A DNA stretch of 64,000 nt from Phoronis australis (lineage: Eukaryota; Animalia; Phoronida). Below the pieces are notes generated by a model that saw only the letters and a list, made by a program, of their open reading frames with translations, searched no databases and was not told the origin of the DNA. The stretch spans positions 250,732 through 314,731 of the forward strand of contig NMRA01000275.1 of NCBI GenBank assembly GCA_002633005.1. The letters are read 5' to 3'. Numbering within the stretch: position 1 is the first letter of the stretch; each line of letters begins with the position of its first letter. A program made the position numbers and the translations under genes. This document shows, in pieces, positions 1 to 13,300 of this stretch.

Positions 1-645
1 GTCCAAAAGTCGTCATCTTCCGTTGTTAACATCATATAAATATACTTACACAATTTCGTAAAGATCCTGCGAAAGGTTTAGGAGATATAGCCATAGGTGC
101 AAAAAAAAACAAAACAGCCACTAGGAGGCGCCACAGTAGTCGAAATCGTCTGAAAATCATCGTCAACCGTCCTCTACATAGTAAGCATATACATGCCAAT
201 TTTCACAATCATCCTTTGAGCGGTTTGGTTGATAGAGGGTGGACGCACAAAAACAGACTCGAAAACACTAAAAATGGCCACTAGGTGGCGCAAACTATGT
301 CGAATCCATCTGAAAACGGCAGGATGGCGTCATCTCACTAATAGCTGCCTACATACCAAATTTCATGAAAATCCGTTCAGGACTTTTGAAGATACAAAGG
401 TAAGCGTAAAAAACTAAAATTGCCACTAGGGGGCACACCGGTTGTCGGATCCGTCCGAAAGTTCGCACATTCCGTCCCATTCATGAATGGAACATATGTG
501 CCAAATTTCATGAACATATGTCAAAGGGTTTTGGAGATAGAGCAGCAGACGCCGGACGCCAGACGCCGCCCAGACGAACGGACGGACGGACGGACGGAGA
601 TGACGGCATAATGCGTCCACATATAAATATGTGGGCGCATAAAAA
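1..645 (-). mobile_element. Helentron-type non-autonomous element (DINE-1/HINE-like), end portion
   Basis: Terminal hairpin atgcgtccacatat/atatgtgggcgcat followed by an A-run; (GGAC)n microsatellite; internal repeats of about 145-160 bp; homologous to 55550-56212. Confidence 0.8.
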
Positions 646-1482
646 TCGAGGCCACCGTTATGCAACATTCTCTCTTTGCTCAGCACAACAGGTCGATTTT
701 TTATGTTTCTAATAATGTTTCCAAGACAAGTGAATACAATGGCGCTAGCTAACAGGTGGACAAATCATTAATTTGCATAACTTATGCAAATCCTCGACCT
801 ATCCACCTCCAAAGGAGCTCCTTTAAATTCAACGACCATACAAAAATGGGTGAAAACATCAAAACAATCTACCAGCAGTGTGATCAGTACGCAAGAGTAT
901 AACTTTGCATGATGGCGGGCTTAATTTGCACATTTTAAAATACCCAAGGTTGTTAAGATTACAACCCAGCTAANNNNNNNNGGGGGGGCTACCTAGACAC
1001 AAAACAAGCAAAACACTTTAAACAGAACCAATGAAAGATTCCTAGGCACCCGTTTCCGGCTACCGACCTAAACAGCACAGGACATCAAACGACCCTATAC
1101 GACAATCGGAGTATACAACAAAAATCGGAGTGTATCCCAATATTGGGGTACCTGCGGCAATATCAAATTATTCACCAGGAACTTCCACAAGGCAGTGACT
1201 GCAGACCAACACCTCTACCATTTCAGTAGAGGAGATATTCCACAAAAGCAAAATATGCATACCAGGCGAAACCACACAAAAACAAAACATCAACGTGAAA
1301 GCATAACGTTTTGGTGAAAGCTTTCAATTCCAAGCTTTTGGGGCAAACAAACTAATTTCTATTCCTGTCCAAGCAAGCCAACTCCATGCTTGAAGGCATG
1401 CAACTTTGTTTGAGTACCCAGTCATCTCCAGGCTTATAGGGACACAAACATACTATAACATGCTAATTGACCTTGATTACTT

Positions 1483-1610
1483 ACATTCATTCATTCCTTT
1501 ATTCATTCACACTTAGTACGCACAAACGTACGCACATACATACAAACATACATACATACATTTATCTATACAAAACATTCAATCATACATATATTATCTA
1601 TATACATTGA
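1483..1610. repeat. Degenerate (CATT)n/(CATA)n microsatellite
   Basis: cattcattcatt... catacatacatacat. Confidence 0.7.
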
Positions 1611-4293
1611 TATTTACACATGCAACATTGTACAATATTTTACACATAATACCAGATGTTATTAACTACACATTATGGTGACCTGTAACAAACTTTACAA
1701 CCTGTTGTGACTCATGCAGGATCTTTGGCAAACTCTACAGACTAATGCTTCCACTATTGCACAATGAAGCACAATTCGAAACTGAAGCGCTCTCATTTCT
1801 TCTGAAGAAATTGTAGTATTACACAAAAACCAAGGGAACACTTTTATTAGTAGTACTAATAATAATGGTAGTGTATTTTTGCACAATGCATTACATTAGA
1901 GAAATTAGGGCATAGCTAAGGCTACACACCAGTACTCAAGTATCAGTACAAATCGATAGTAAGTAAAAACAACTAGTGAAAGAGCGATAGTGAATTAGTA
2001 CCCAGTTTTCTTACCAGTCCTAGACGATTTCGTCTACTTGAAGTATTAGTCCTTTTCAGAAACATTGGTGTGTCCTGTGGTACATCAACAAAAGGCACCA
2101 TGGGTTTGTTTATAGTAACTGTATATAGTTGCCCAATTGGGTGAAAGAACCAGTTACACAAACACATAAGGCTAAATTTCGTATGTATTTTTGTACATTT
2201 CCAGAAATATTGATAAAAAAATAATGTTAAAATATCAATAAGAAAACATCAATATCAGAATGTACGGATAATTCTTAGCGGTGTGCAACCCTAAGTAAAA
2301 TAGTCGTTTTTGGCAGATATGGCATGACCCTTGATATTGTGCCAAAGACACTCACCAACACACAACTCCACCAACAGGTAACTTTACCAAGCACTGTTGA
2401 CTGAATAGGTAAATGAACATATACCTCAACTTGCCAACATTTAGCTAAGTGCTCACACAACAAAACTGACACCAGTGTCAAGGCAAAAATAATGAAAATA
2501 AACACTCTACACATGTATCTTGAAAGTGACCCTATGAGCCAATCTGATTATTACTTCTGCCTTGACACCAACGGGAGACTTTCAGGAAGCAACGGGGACT
2601 GATCATATGCAAACAGTGACTCACATCACCACCAAGCTGTGCCAGGAGTTACTCTGACTTTAAAGTGGGTGGTATAGGAGAACAGTTTGACCTTGTGAAA
2701 ATCCATTTACGTTGTATGTGATTAGACATGTTCTAAACAAAAGTTATAAAGTGCCTCCTTGTTCTTTTAAAGGCCACTGATATCTGTCTCATGAGGCAAG
2801 TTGCTACGTTGCTACTTTGAAAGTCTGCCATTCTGTCCACTCAGTCACCTGCCCTGAGGCAAGCCGATTGGGTGCAACTAGACCTACATAGATACACTGG
2901 GGTGAAATGTCACACCAGTGACCAATTGTGCCAATTTAACTTTTGTCAAAAATCACTGACCATCATGTTTTGGGGGTAACTTGTGTTAAAGCAACTGCCA
3001 CTCCAGCACAACTTATGGTAACTGTGTTCATTTGTCATCAAGGAATTTCTCTATTTTAGAAAACCCTATTTTCCAACCAGTGAAACCATGATTAGGATTT
3101 TCTGTCAACACTTCATGGCCTGAGAAATTAACTGCTAAAATCAAGGCTTTCGAACCATCACAAAATGTGGTCATGATTTTTGACAGTAAAGCTTACTTAA
3201 GTGGGCTTTAAAGGAGAATACGAGGGTATAATTTTTAATGGTAATGACCATTTGCCTTAAGACAAGTTAGATGAATAGCTTTGCAACATCATATTTCAAA
3301 CATATCTGAAAATGATCCTCAATGAGTCCAAGGAGATAATATTGAACGCAGAAAAAGAATTGTAAGTTTCCTTCTGAAAATTTCACATCAGTTGAAGTGA
3401 TGGCGATCTCCATAAAATCATGATTTTCTAGAAAAAACATGGATGTGTGATGACAAGTATGTACAGACTTTTTCAATTCATATAACAAGTTTCTGATTTC
3501 ACATGAATTACTAAGTTGGAAAATAGTTGAAGGTGTTTTCAGAAAAGTGGGTCTTGGTAATGAAACTAGACCTGAACGCACCTTAAAGGGTTTTGGTTCT
3601 ACCCAATTTTCAAGAGTGCACACTACATATCTGTCGTAACCAAGACCCTGCTTAAGCACAGAAACTTGGCTTTGACTAAGACACAATTAAACACGAAAGA
3701 CTGACAATCCTTCCATTTTTAACAGCCCTTTGATTGAATATAACAAATATCTGAACAACACTAGACAAAAACGTTCTTTCCTCTCAAAATAATTAGATGA
3801 GTAAAATCCATTCAAAAACATTAAAATCTATTGATTTCACAAGTGTATTGATTGCCAGATAACGGACCAGACAAATTGTTCAAAAGCTAAATACAGTGTC
3901 TTTTTGAAAAAGACATGGTGTAGGAATGAAAAATAGCAAACACATTCCTGTTTCTAAAATCCTAAAATTAGTGAAAACACCTGCTTCTTAGTACTTTGAT
4001 TATAGAAATTAACCGAAGAACGAAAACTCCAAGGATTTCTCTTAAGTACAAGCAACCATCCCATTATGACCACAGTGCCACTGTCTACAAAAAAACACCC
4101 TTGAGTATTTTGCATATTTGACTTAAGCTACTTGACAGCTGGGCACATTTCAAACATCATCCAGGATTCTTCATTATGTAGCAGTTCTGCAGTCCAATTT
4201 AGAGCCTTCGGCCAAAAATCACTACCTCACATACACATAGAACAAAACCTCGCCTCCTTGAATGACTTGAGAATACCATCTGGAAAGGTTGAC

Positions 4294-4309
4294 TCAAGGC
4301 CTATGAAAT
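4294..4309 (-). CDS. PHACTR: PHACTR last coding exon (RFHRP*)
   Basis: ttgtag|A TTT CAT AGG CCT TGA completes the conserved TRFHRP terminus. Confidence 0.92.
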
Positions 4310-7300
4310 CTACAATTATGAAATAAAGTGCGAAACTTTAGTACAAATATTACAGTAGGAATCCCTTGGACAATAAATTCACAATCAGTAAAGATAGATG
4401 AAACTAATTGTGCAGTTACATTTATATAGATATGGAACTTTCTTTTTAATTTTGGTACCCTCAGAAAGAAAACATTATGCTAGTTGCATACGATGCACAC
4501 AGCAACATTTTCAATTGATGCATGACAATGACTGCACAACATAGCTTGCCTGCACACAGTGCTGCATGAAGCTCTCTCACCAAAGCTGGCTCCATGTGAT
4601 CAATTGGTATGTCACAAGACTAATTATACTCTAAAAATAGCCATATCAAGAGTACAAGCAGTGCATATCCTGCAAGACGGGGGAAACTGAAAGCACACTG
4701 TGTGGCAACACCATGGAAATTGATCCAATAGCATCACAGCATTAGAAAAATTAAGACTTGCACACGGTGTGATAACTACTGAGCCAAGTATGTGCAACCA
4801 ATGTCGCGGTTACCTTTACATGTTTCCATTTTCCATTGTTCAGCTACTTAGTCTCATTTCAACTTGTATTTTTCCAAAACTTTGTAACACATATAGCCTA
4901 ATACATGCGATAGTTTATATGCACGCTGAACATTAATAAGAACTTTAATTTGTAACTAGGTTAACAGTGTAACAAGGTTCACAGTGTCGCTGATGACAAT
5001 AACAGAATGCTTTACAGGTGGCCACAACTTTTCCTGGTGAACTTTAGTTTTCAGAACAATTGTACATTAAATATGCACTGCTTTTCAATGAATTCAAATC
5101 ATGGCAAGGGTGTAATGTAGCTGCTAGGTTCATACTGAACTGGACTACATACTACTGACATAAATAACTGAGCAAGGTTACAAAGTTTCAACAATTGAAC
5201 TTTAATAAATAAACATGCAGTGTTCAATGCTTAGCTGAGTGCCAATTTGCCAAATTCGACTTAGCAAAAATCCCAGGTTGCCAAATGAAAACTGAGATTG
5301 CCAAAACTGAGATCGCCAAAACTGAGATCGGATGTATACAACCAACAGAACATGCACCAGTGTTGCCATATGCGAATTTCTTTCATTTCTTCCGTAATTA
5401 TACAAGCAACAAACAAAACCAGGTGAATGACCACGTTTTAAAGTCAACTGTTACCATAGTGGGTTATTGCTGTTCTGTGCTCAATCAACTTAGAACACAC
5501 GCTTCAATGATTTTCCGTGACAGTAGATTTAACATTCTAAGTAGAAAATATCACGCCAGGCAAAAATCCATTTCCACAAGACTTTTCAGTTGTGAATTGA
5601 AAAAAGGTTTGGTGACACACACACGCACACACACACACACACCATGATATCCACAAAATCACTGGGACTCTGACCAGCACCAGCTGAAACCACCAAACAC
5701 TTCATTGCTAAAGGGGAAATCAACAACAGACCGTACTAATGACGTCGCAATGTAGAGGTTGAAAAGGTTTGGCTTGCTTTACAGTACATGAGACTACATT
5801 GTTTGTGAATGGATAGACAGATCTTTTACCAGTTGGACGCAGCTATTGTAATGAGTGCGTTGCTGATTAGTATCTTGAAACCAATTTAAGTACCTAGTGA
5901 ATCGTCTGCTATCCTCGTGAACGTCCATCTCTGAACCTTTGAATTCATTCAACTCTTTTCTTATTGCAGCCTGGAAAAAATAAACCAGTCACTGTGTTTG
6001 TCCACACATCCACATCAGGAAAGCTTGGGCTCTTACTGAGCTTACTCAGTATTTTGCAGGGCTTGGAATGGCAAATGGCGAAAAAAGCCGAAATTTTTAC
6101 GGCCCGAAACATGCGCGAAGGCAGCCTTGAAAAGGACGGTGAGGATCTTTTGCCGACAAAAGTCGAGACTAAAAAAAAAAAAAACGGTACCACCTCCGGC
6201 AGCGTGCGTCTGTCTTAGCTCGTTCGCCACTCCCGCCTCCATTTTTGGCTGCAGAAACGTAGTATTTGTCGCCGAGGTTTACAATCACACGAGCCGCCAT
6301 TGAGGAAATCCACCACGCTATCCCAGATGCCCCGGCAATGTTGACAATTTACATTCCTCCGAAACATAAAGAGCAACTTCCGCTTTTCAAAGTGAAAGTC
6401 GTCGGCAACACGGCGGTAAGAAAGAAATTTGCCGCGGAAATTTTATGTCAAATCCGATTTTTTTTTTTACGCGGAAACATAATAAAATACGCGGACAGAA
6501 CATTTGAAAAAAGCGGAAATCCGCGTTTCCGCGGAAAATTCCAAGCCCTGATTTTGGGCAACTGCTATAATTAAGTAAAGCAATAACACGCAAATGTTGA
6601 GGACACATCAAGTGTTGAGACAGCATGTTGAATATTGGGGGTACAATCATTAAATGTAGAACCATCATGCTCAACTGTAGAAAATACTGTTCATCACATT
6701 CTACACCTTAATTGACAAATTAGTAGTATGAAAAAAGGATCGAATTATCTCCAATGACAATAAACCAATGGGGGCAGTTGTGAAAAAAAAAAAACAAAAT
6801 GCTTCTAACTCAATGTTATTTTTGTATTTTCCTTTTCTTTCCATAGGCAAGACATAGACCAACTTACTTTGTCCCTCGGCGTTAGCCTCGTCCATGGTTT
6901 GTCTGCCCTCCTGTCATATTCTTGTGCATCTGTTACCTCCACATAATCACTAAACTGGATGATCTGACGCTGTTTTAACTCCTCTATTGTAGGACGAAAA
7001 CTTAACTACAATCCAGAGATAAGTAATGTAGTGCCCATTCAAATACTGAGGTGTATAACCTTTTGAGATGCAACAATAACGCCACAAACACTATACTGGT
7101 AATAACGTAGCATTAATATTATCTTGTATTCAAGAAGAGAACCAGTTTAACAAGCAAGCACACTTATTGCTGTTGAGGCATAAAGTGGATTCACCTGCAT
7201 AGTTCAATTTACTGACTCTATCAGTAAGTAAAAACACATTGACAAAGCAAAGAACTTGCATCTAACCATGCTAAGAAAAATAAATCACTGCAAATGTTAT

Positions 7301-10300
7301 ACCTGTAAGTTTATAAATTCAAAATCGAGCCATTTTGTCATCAAGACTGAATTTGTTGTGGATTTCAATTTACTGTCGCTTAATTCCTTTATATTCAATT
7401 CCTAAGAAGAGCTATGCTATGTATAGTTATGAATCCACCGTGTATATCATAAACAACCACAATAGAGGGAGCAACAGTTGTGAACAGGTAAATCCACTTA
7501 GAAGGAACAACACTAGTAACCCGTGTGTAACAGCGGAGTGGAACAAATTAAAACTGCTGCTACCTGGCGCAGATTCCCCTGAAAATTACTGCATGGTGTC
7601 CTTTCCGTGACAGGAACACTGGTGCCAAATTAAATGATGATCATTCAAGACGTGTCCCTAGATACGTGGATGCCAAAAACAAACAGAAAGCTAAAACCCC
7701 CACAACGAGAATTCGAACACGCCAGGACTGTTTTATGCTTGATACACATATTTAATTCCACAAAGATCCAGCAAAATGTTTTTGTAAGTACTGAGTAGTA
7801 AATCTAAAATAGCCACTAGGGGGCAGAGAAGCAGACACATCTGTTCAAAAAGCGATGTCATCATTCTCATCTAAATAAGAACAACCAGACTTCCAAATTT
7901 CACGAATCATCTATTCTGTAGCTAGGAGATTCAGTTGCAGAGACATCTGCCTGCTTAAGAGTACAAGAACTATCTTGTCAAATTCAAAATGACCAACATG
8001 GGGCGTTGTAACTGCCAAAAAGCTCCAAAATCTATTGTTGTTGATGCATGCTCGCCATGTGTGTATCAACTGTAATCAAAATTGCCATTTTCAAACAATT
8101 AATAAAAGTAAATACAAGTACATCCAACTGGTTTACCATGATAGACCAATCACGGCCTTACAATTGAGTGTCAAATTGCTTCGAGATCCAAGGAGTAGAT
8201 AAAAAGTAATGAGAAGACAAGTGAAAGTAACAAGTACCTTTCTAACAAGAGTTTTCTTTGTTTCTTCCAAATCAAATTTCCTCTGAGTTTCTGATGTGCC
8301 TAAAACATAAATAACATATCAATAGATTCCTTGTTACACATAAGCAGCTTCATAATCAAACGGTAAATGTTGTCTTTTTGGAATTTAGGATGTTTGGTTT
8401 AAATAAGATATGAACATTAACCCAGAACGTAAGGTAGTGAGGAAGTTTTTGTCATTTATAACTTGTGTCATTTTTCCACCCTGTTCTCGTAAATGTAACT
8501 GAAACAATAAATTCCAGACTTCAAGTAAAGATGGCACCACTATTATTGGAAATGCACTTCTTGACACCTGTCAGGTATACTTCTCAAAATTGTGAGCAGT
8601 AGCCAAACTACGTATCATATTTCAGTCACTCCATGCTGCACCTTCATTTTCCCAAAGTGACTTCAGAATCAAAAATAACCCCCAGGTAGCTCTTTCTGAA
8701 AAAAGTTTGTTGGTCTTTCGAAAACATGTGCTGCCAACTTCAGTGCACTGATCATAATGTCTATCGCAAGACAATTATCATTAGAACACTAAAACCCAGA
8801 TTGTAAACACACAAAGTTTTAATCAATAACCTACTATGCAAAATATTCCTTTGTTCTAGCTCTTCTTGAGTTGGTCGTAAACTTAACCGCCTGAAAACAA
8901 AACAATAAGTAGTCAATATATTAAATAGCGGTTTAAGAATCAGAAAATGCAACAAGAAAAACATTAACACATTGAATTATTTACAAAAGTTAGCGTTCAT
9001 ATCCACCAACTTGGTACATCCCAAACACTGGTCATTGCAAGGAGCAACAATAGTAGCCGATTCTCCTGAAGGTGACAAAAAAACTTCATGAAGCTTAGAA
9101 GAAGCAGCCACAAGGATATGATAGCAAGCCAGAACTTATGTGCAACCTCGGCAGCTAAATGAATAGATCCCGTAGACAACAGTCCCAGACGAGCAAATAT
9201 CAAACCAGTGGTACAAATCCCCTCTGAACTCCACACATCCACTAAAAATGCTCCATACCCAGTGACATAACTCCAGTCCCAGGGACCACATTCCAAGGTC
9301 ACACCTGCAGTCTGCAGCAGGAGTTTAGAGGCAGAGTCATGAATCTGGTCTCCTGGATTGGAGTTGGCTAATTGTGTAAGGAGCATTTTTAGTGCCTGCG
9401 CGGAATTTAGGGGTGTTGGTTTAGGGATTTGTACGATGGATTTGGTGTCTGTTTGGGGATTATAGCTGGAATTTAGAGGCACGATTATGGAACTGTTTCC
9501 ACCTCTTGAGAAAGCACATAGAATTAAATCTTGCTTTTTATAAATTTTGATTGAGTCATGTGATCACTAAATCTCAAAAACATCACCAAACTTTCCTAAT
9601 TTTGTTTGGATTTTGCAACTTTTTACTTTTTTTAAAATCATAAAATTACCAGTTTTCCATGGCACCTGATGGAATACTTAAAAACAATATCTAACAGCAT
9701 TTTGGGGAAGAATACACTCATACATACATACTAAGTGTTGCTTTATCACATACACACAATAACATATCACTCATACATACATACTAAGTGTTGCTTTATC
9801 ACATACACACAATAACATCTCACTCATGCATACATACTAAGTGTTGCTTTATCACATACACACAATAACATATCACTCATGCATACATACTAAGTGTTGC
9901 TTTATCACATACACACAATAATATATCACTCATGCATACATACTAAGTGTTGCTTTATCACATACACACAATAACATATCACTCATGCATACATACTAAG
10001 TGTTGCTTTATCACATACACACAATAACATATCACTCATGCATACATACTAAGTGTTGCTTTATCACATACACACAATAACATATCACGAACAATCAGCT
10101 GATATCGTTAAAACGTTTTTAGCAATATCACGTTTGTCCTAAGAATAGAAAAATTGTTAAGCTAAAACATTTTAACTGAAACATTTTATATTCATGTGAG
10201 AATCCAGCTCATATTATTTATCATCATGTCTCATTATTACCACTGGCATAAATATATATTGTATATGCATAGCTCAGTACAACCCATCAATGAAACAATG

Positions 10301-13300
10301 AACAATATTTCGATTTTTGTAGAAACCTACTGCACAACAAGGTCAACACGACTACCTACCTGAACAGTTTAGTTCCTATCTCTTTTCTCGCCTCCTGTTT
10401 CTCTTCATCTGTCTGTGAGGGTATGATGTTCTTGTCAATTAGTTCCCGTTTAGCAGGCCGATTACTCAGAAACCTGGCAAGACTGTCTTTACGCGCCACT
10501 TTGGCAGCCCAACCTGCAAGGAACGTGATTTGTACAAATTTTAGACTACAAACATTGAGGACTTTCAAATTCAATATTTTTGCCCAGAACTAGTGTAAGC
10601 ACAGAGAATGCGATAGGAAAAATCAACAGTGTTTAAAATGGCTGTCATTTTTGAATGACTAATCAATGTTACATATCAAGTTTTAAATGAGCACTAAAGG
10701 ACCCCTAAAAGAAAAGATTTTAGTTGACCTTTTAATTGCATAACCTGTTCAAAGCAACTAGGCAAATGTTAAATCATCATCGTAAAACATCACTTGTTGA
10801 CTCAAAATAGACAACCAACAGTGCAGTCAATAAACTTACTTTCATCGTCATCATCCCTATATCTTATATTCTCCTCATCTGAAGATGAGTCATCACCCGG
10901 TAAGTTGTCATAATCTCCACTGTTTTCATTGCTCTCTTCTACCCTAGAAGAGTGAGATTGAAGTGATTATCTTTCCTCTTCTTCATAATCTTGGCATTCG
11001 ACAATAAATGCTTGATCTTTAGATGTTGGCACAAGGACATTGCAGAGGCTTACAGGCACCCACTGTCTTCATTGCAAACAGCAGTTAAAATACCAGGTGT
11101 TGATAATTCCTACATTCTTGAAAGGTCAAACGTGGCTCTATTGCATAAAAAGCTAGCAGTGGAGATTTCCTCTCAAGAATAATGCTGCTTATGCTCCGAT
11201 CACAGGTTGATATGACTATCTGAGTGAGCATGTAATAAGTTAGTTGTATAACATTTACGCGACTATTCAGGTCCATATGTGAAGCTGCACCTATATCTGG
11301 GATTAGGCGTATTCACATGTATGTGAAACACTTATGAGTGAAACTGAGGAGCAAATTTCTAAACTATTATGCCGGTGAAACTTGATTTATCTATTACACT
11401 ATAGTTGACTTCGATGTGAGTTCAATACAATCTATTAATGGAAAAGTATATAATACAGTCAATGGGTAGTGGCCGGTGCCTTAAGTGGAGCTAAGGCGCA
11501 TGCATCAGTATGCGGCACACTGACTGAAAATTTTTCTCTTTAGTAAAATGCATCGGATACGGGCAAATATTATACAAAATTGGAAGAAAAAGGCTACAGA
11601 GTAAGTTTGCAAGCATTCACAGCAGGAGTTTAAGCCAATGGTTGAATTAAAAGGGAACTTGAAACAATAAGTGTTCCATTTTCAACTAAACATGTTTTGG
11701 CAACTACGAAGTAAACAAATACCATACACTCACAGGTTAATGCCCTGGGCACTTAAATTGTGAAACCCTGAGCCAGGGGGGTGGGTGATTACCCATGCTG
11801 TGGGAGCTTAAACCGAAAAATTGGCAAAATGTCGGGGCTGGGCGATTACCCAAGCAGTGGGTGCTTACGTCCAAGTTTTAGCCGAACTGGGTAAGCTCGC
11901 GGGGTGTTCATTCGAGCACGGAACTTGTAAGTTCAGTCAAACAGCGGAATCCGACAACCACAAAGTTTTTCACGGCTCGAATTTGACAGAGTAATTTCAC
12001 AAGAACGTTGCTAATTAAAAACTCAGATGTTTTCAAATACACAAGCACGCTGCAAAATGCCATATCAGGGAGCTTTATGAAACTCGAATGGCAGTCCACT
12101 TACCATACCAGCAAGTGCTGTTTCAGATCATTGAACAGAACTACATTTCGTTTGCAGCGCCATTGCATTGTTAGTGTTGTTCGTACGACTATTTGGTTGG
12201 AACCCTTCCGATCTCGTTGTTGTTAATGTCGTCTGCATATTAAACCCGATAAACTTTCGATTACCTGTTTAGTTTATCTGGCGCTGGATTAAAAACACGG
12301 ATGATTCGTTCCCGGCCAACACAAGCCGTTTGCAATTACAATGAGAGGAGTAGTGAAAAATTGCTCAATTCAAATCTGGGTTGACCCAGGAGATATATCT
12401 ATCAAAATCATGTGCTCTGTGCATGCAATTACAACGAGAGGGGGTTCAATTAATTGGTCAATTCAAATCTGGGTCAACACAGGAGAAAATTTAGCAAAAT
12501 AAAATTCTAGTTCTGAAAACACATGGCGATGTTTCGAAGTTTTACCAAAAGTTGAACATTAATGCGATAGCGATACATCGCAACAGAACAGGCCTAATAT
12601 TATTGAGGCGCACAAGTGAAACTTTTACACGTGAATAACATCGCAGTCTGATCGAGATTATTTCTCACAGAAAGTTTACCGACGTTGTCACTAAAAATGC
12701 AAGGGGGGCAGAGAAAAAACGAAATACTTGCATGCTCTGCGGTCGCCACCAAGTAAAAAGGCATTCCCGAGTGCCCCTGTAGGTTTTTGCTTGTACGGGT
12801 TTTTAACATTTTTTCTTTCACGAACAGCCAGAATACCGGAGTGGCGGTAACAAAAAGCTGTCAGAGGGAATTGTTTTTTACAAAGGTAGGGCGACAAATA
12901 GGTAACTTAATCGATAACTTTTTTAAAAAATCGCCTTGGGTGTGTGTTTGGAGCACACGACCAAAGACTATCGTGGTTGCAGGAATGGGAGGACATTCAT
13001 TTGGTTGGCTATGAATATCAATGCATGCACTTACAAGACCTCTGCGTGTCCTGTGTGCTTGTCGTAAAAAATTACACCACTTCGTTACAAGGGGGATTCC
13101 ACATTTAATCTCTGAGCGAAGACTAATCTTGTAATAGACTAGCGCCATATCTATAAAAATTTACGGAGTAGACCTCTTATTAATTTAACTAAAGATCACT
13201 TGATAAGTTTAAAAAAGGGTACTGCCGTGTTTGAGTTATTCCACAAACAAAAGGCTGAAAAATATACTTTTCGAGACAATTGTACGCAAGTGTAAGCACA

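Noticed and set aside
3267-3686. 139-aa minus-strand ORF downstream of PHACTR
   Set aside because: Non-ATG start, no recognisable homology, lies in the presumed 3' UTR.
7634-7795. Possible C/D-box snoRNA (atgatga ... ctga)
   Set aside because: Antisense to the host gene, no terminal stem, overlaps repeat debris.
9715-10088. CRISPR-like appearance of regular repeats
   Set aside because: Units are contiguous and near-identical with no unique spacers; eukaryotic intron; no cas genes.
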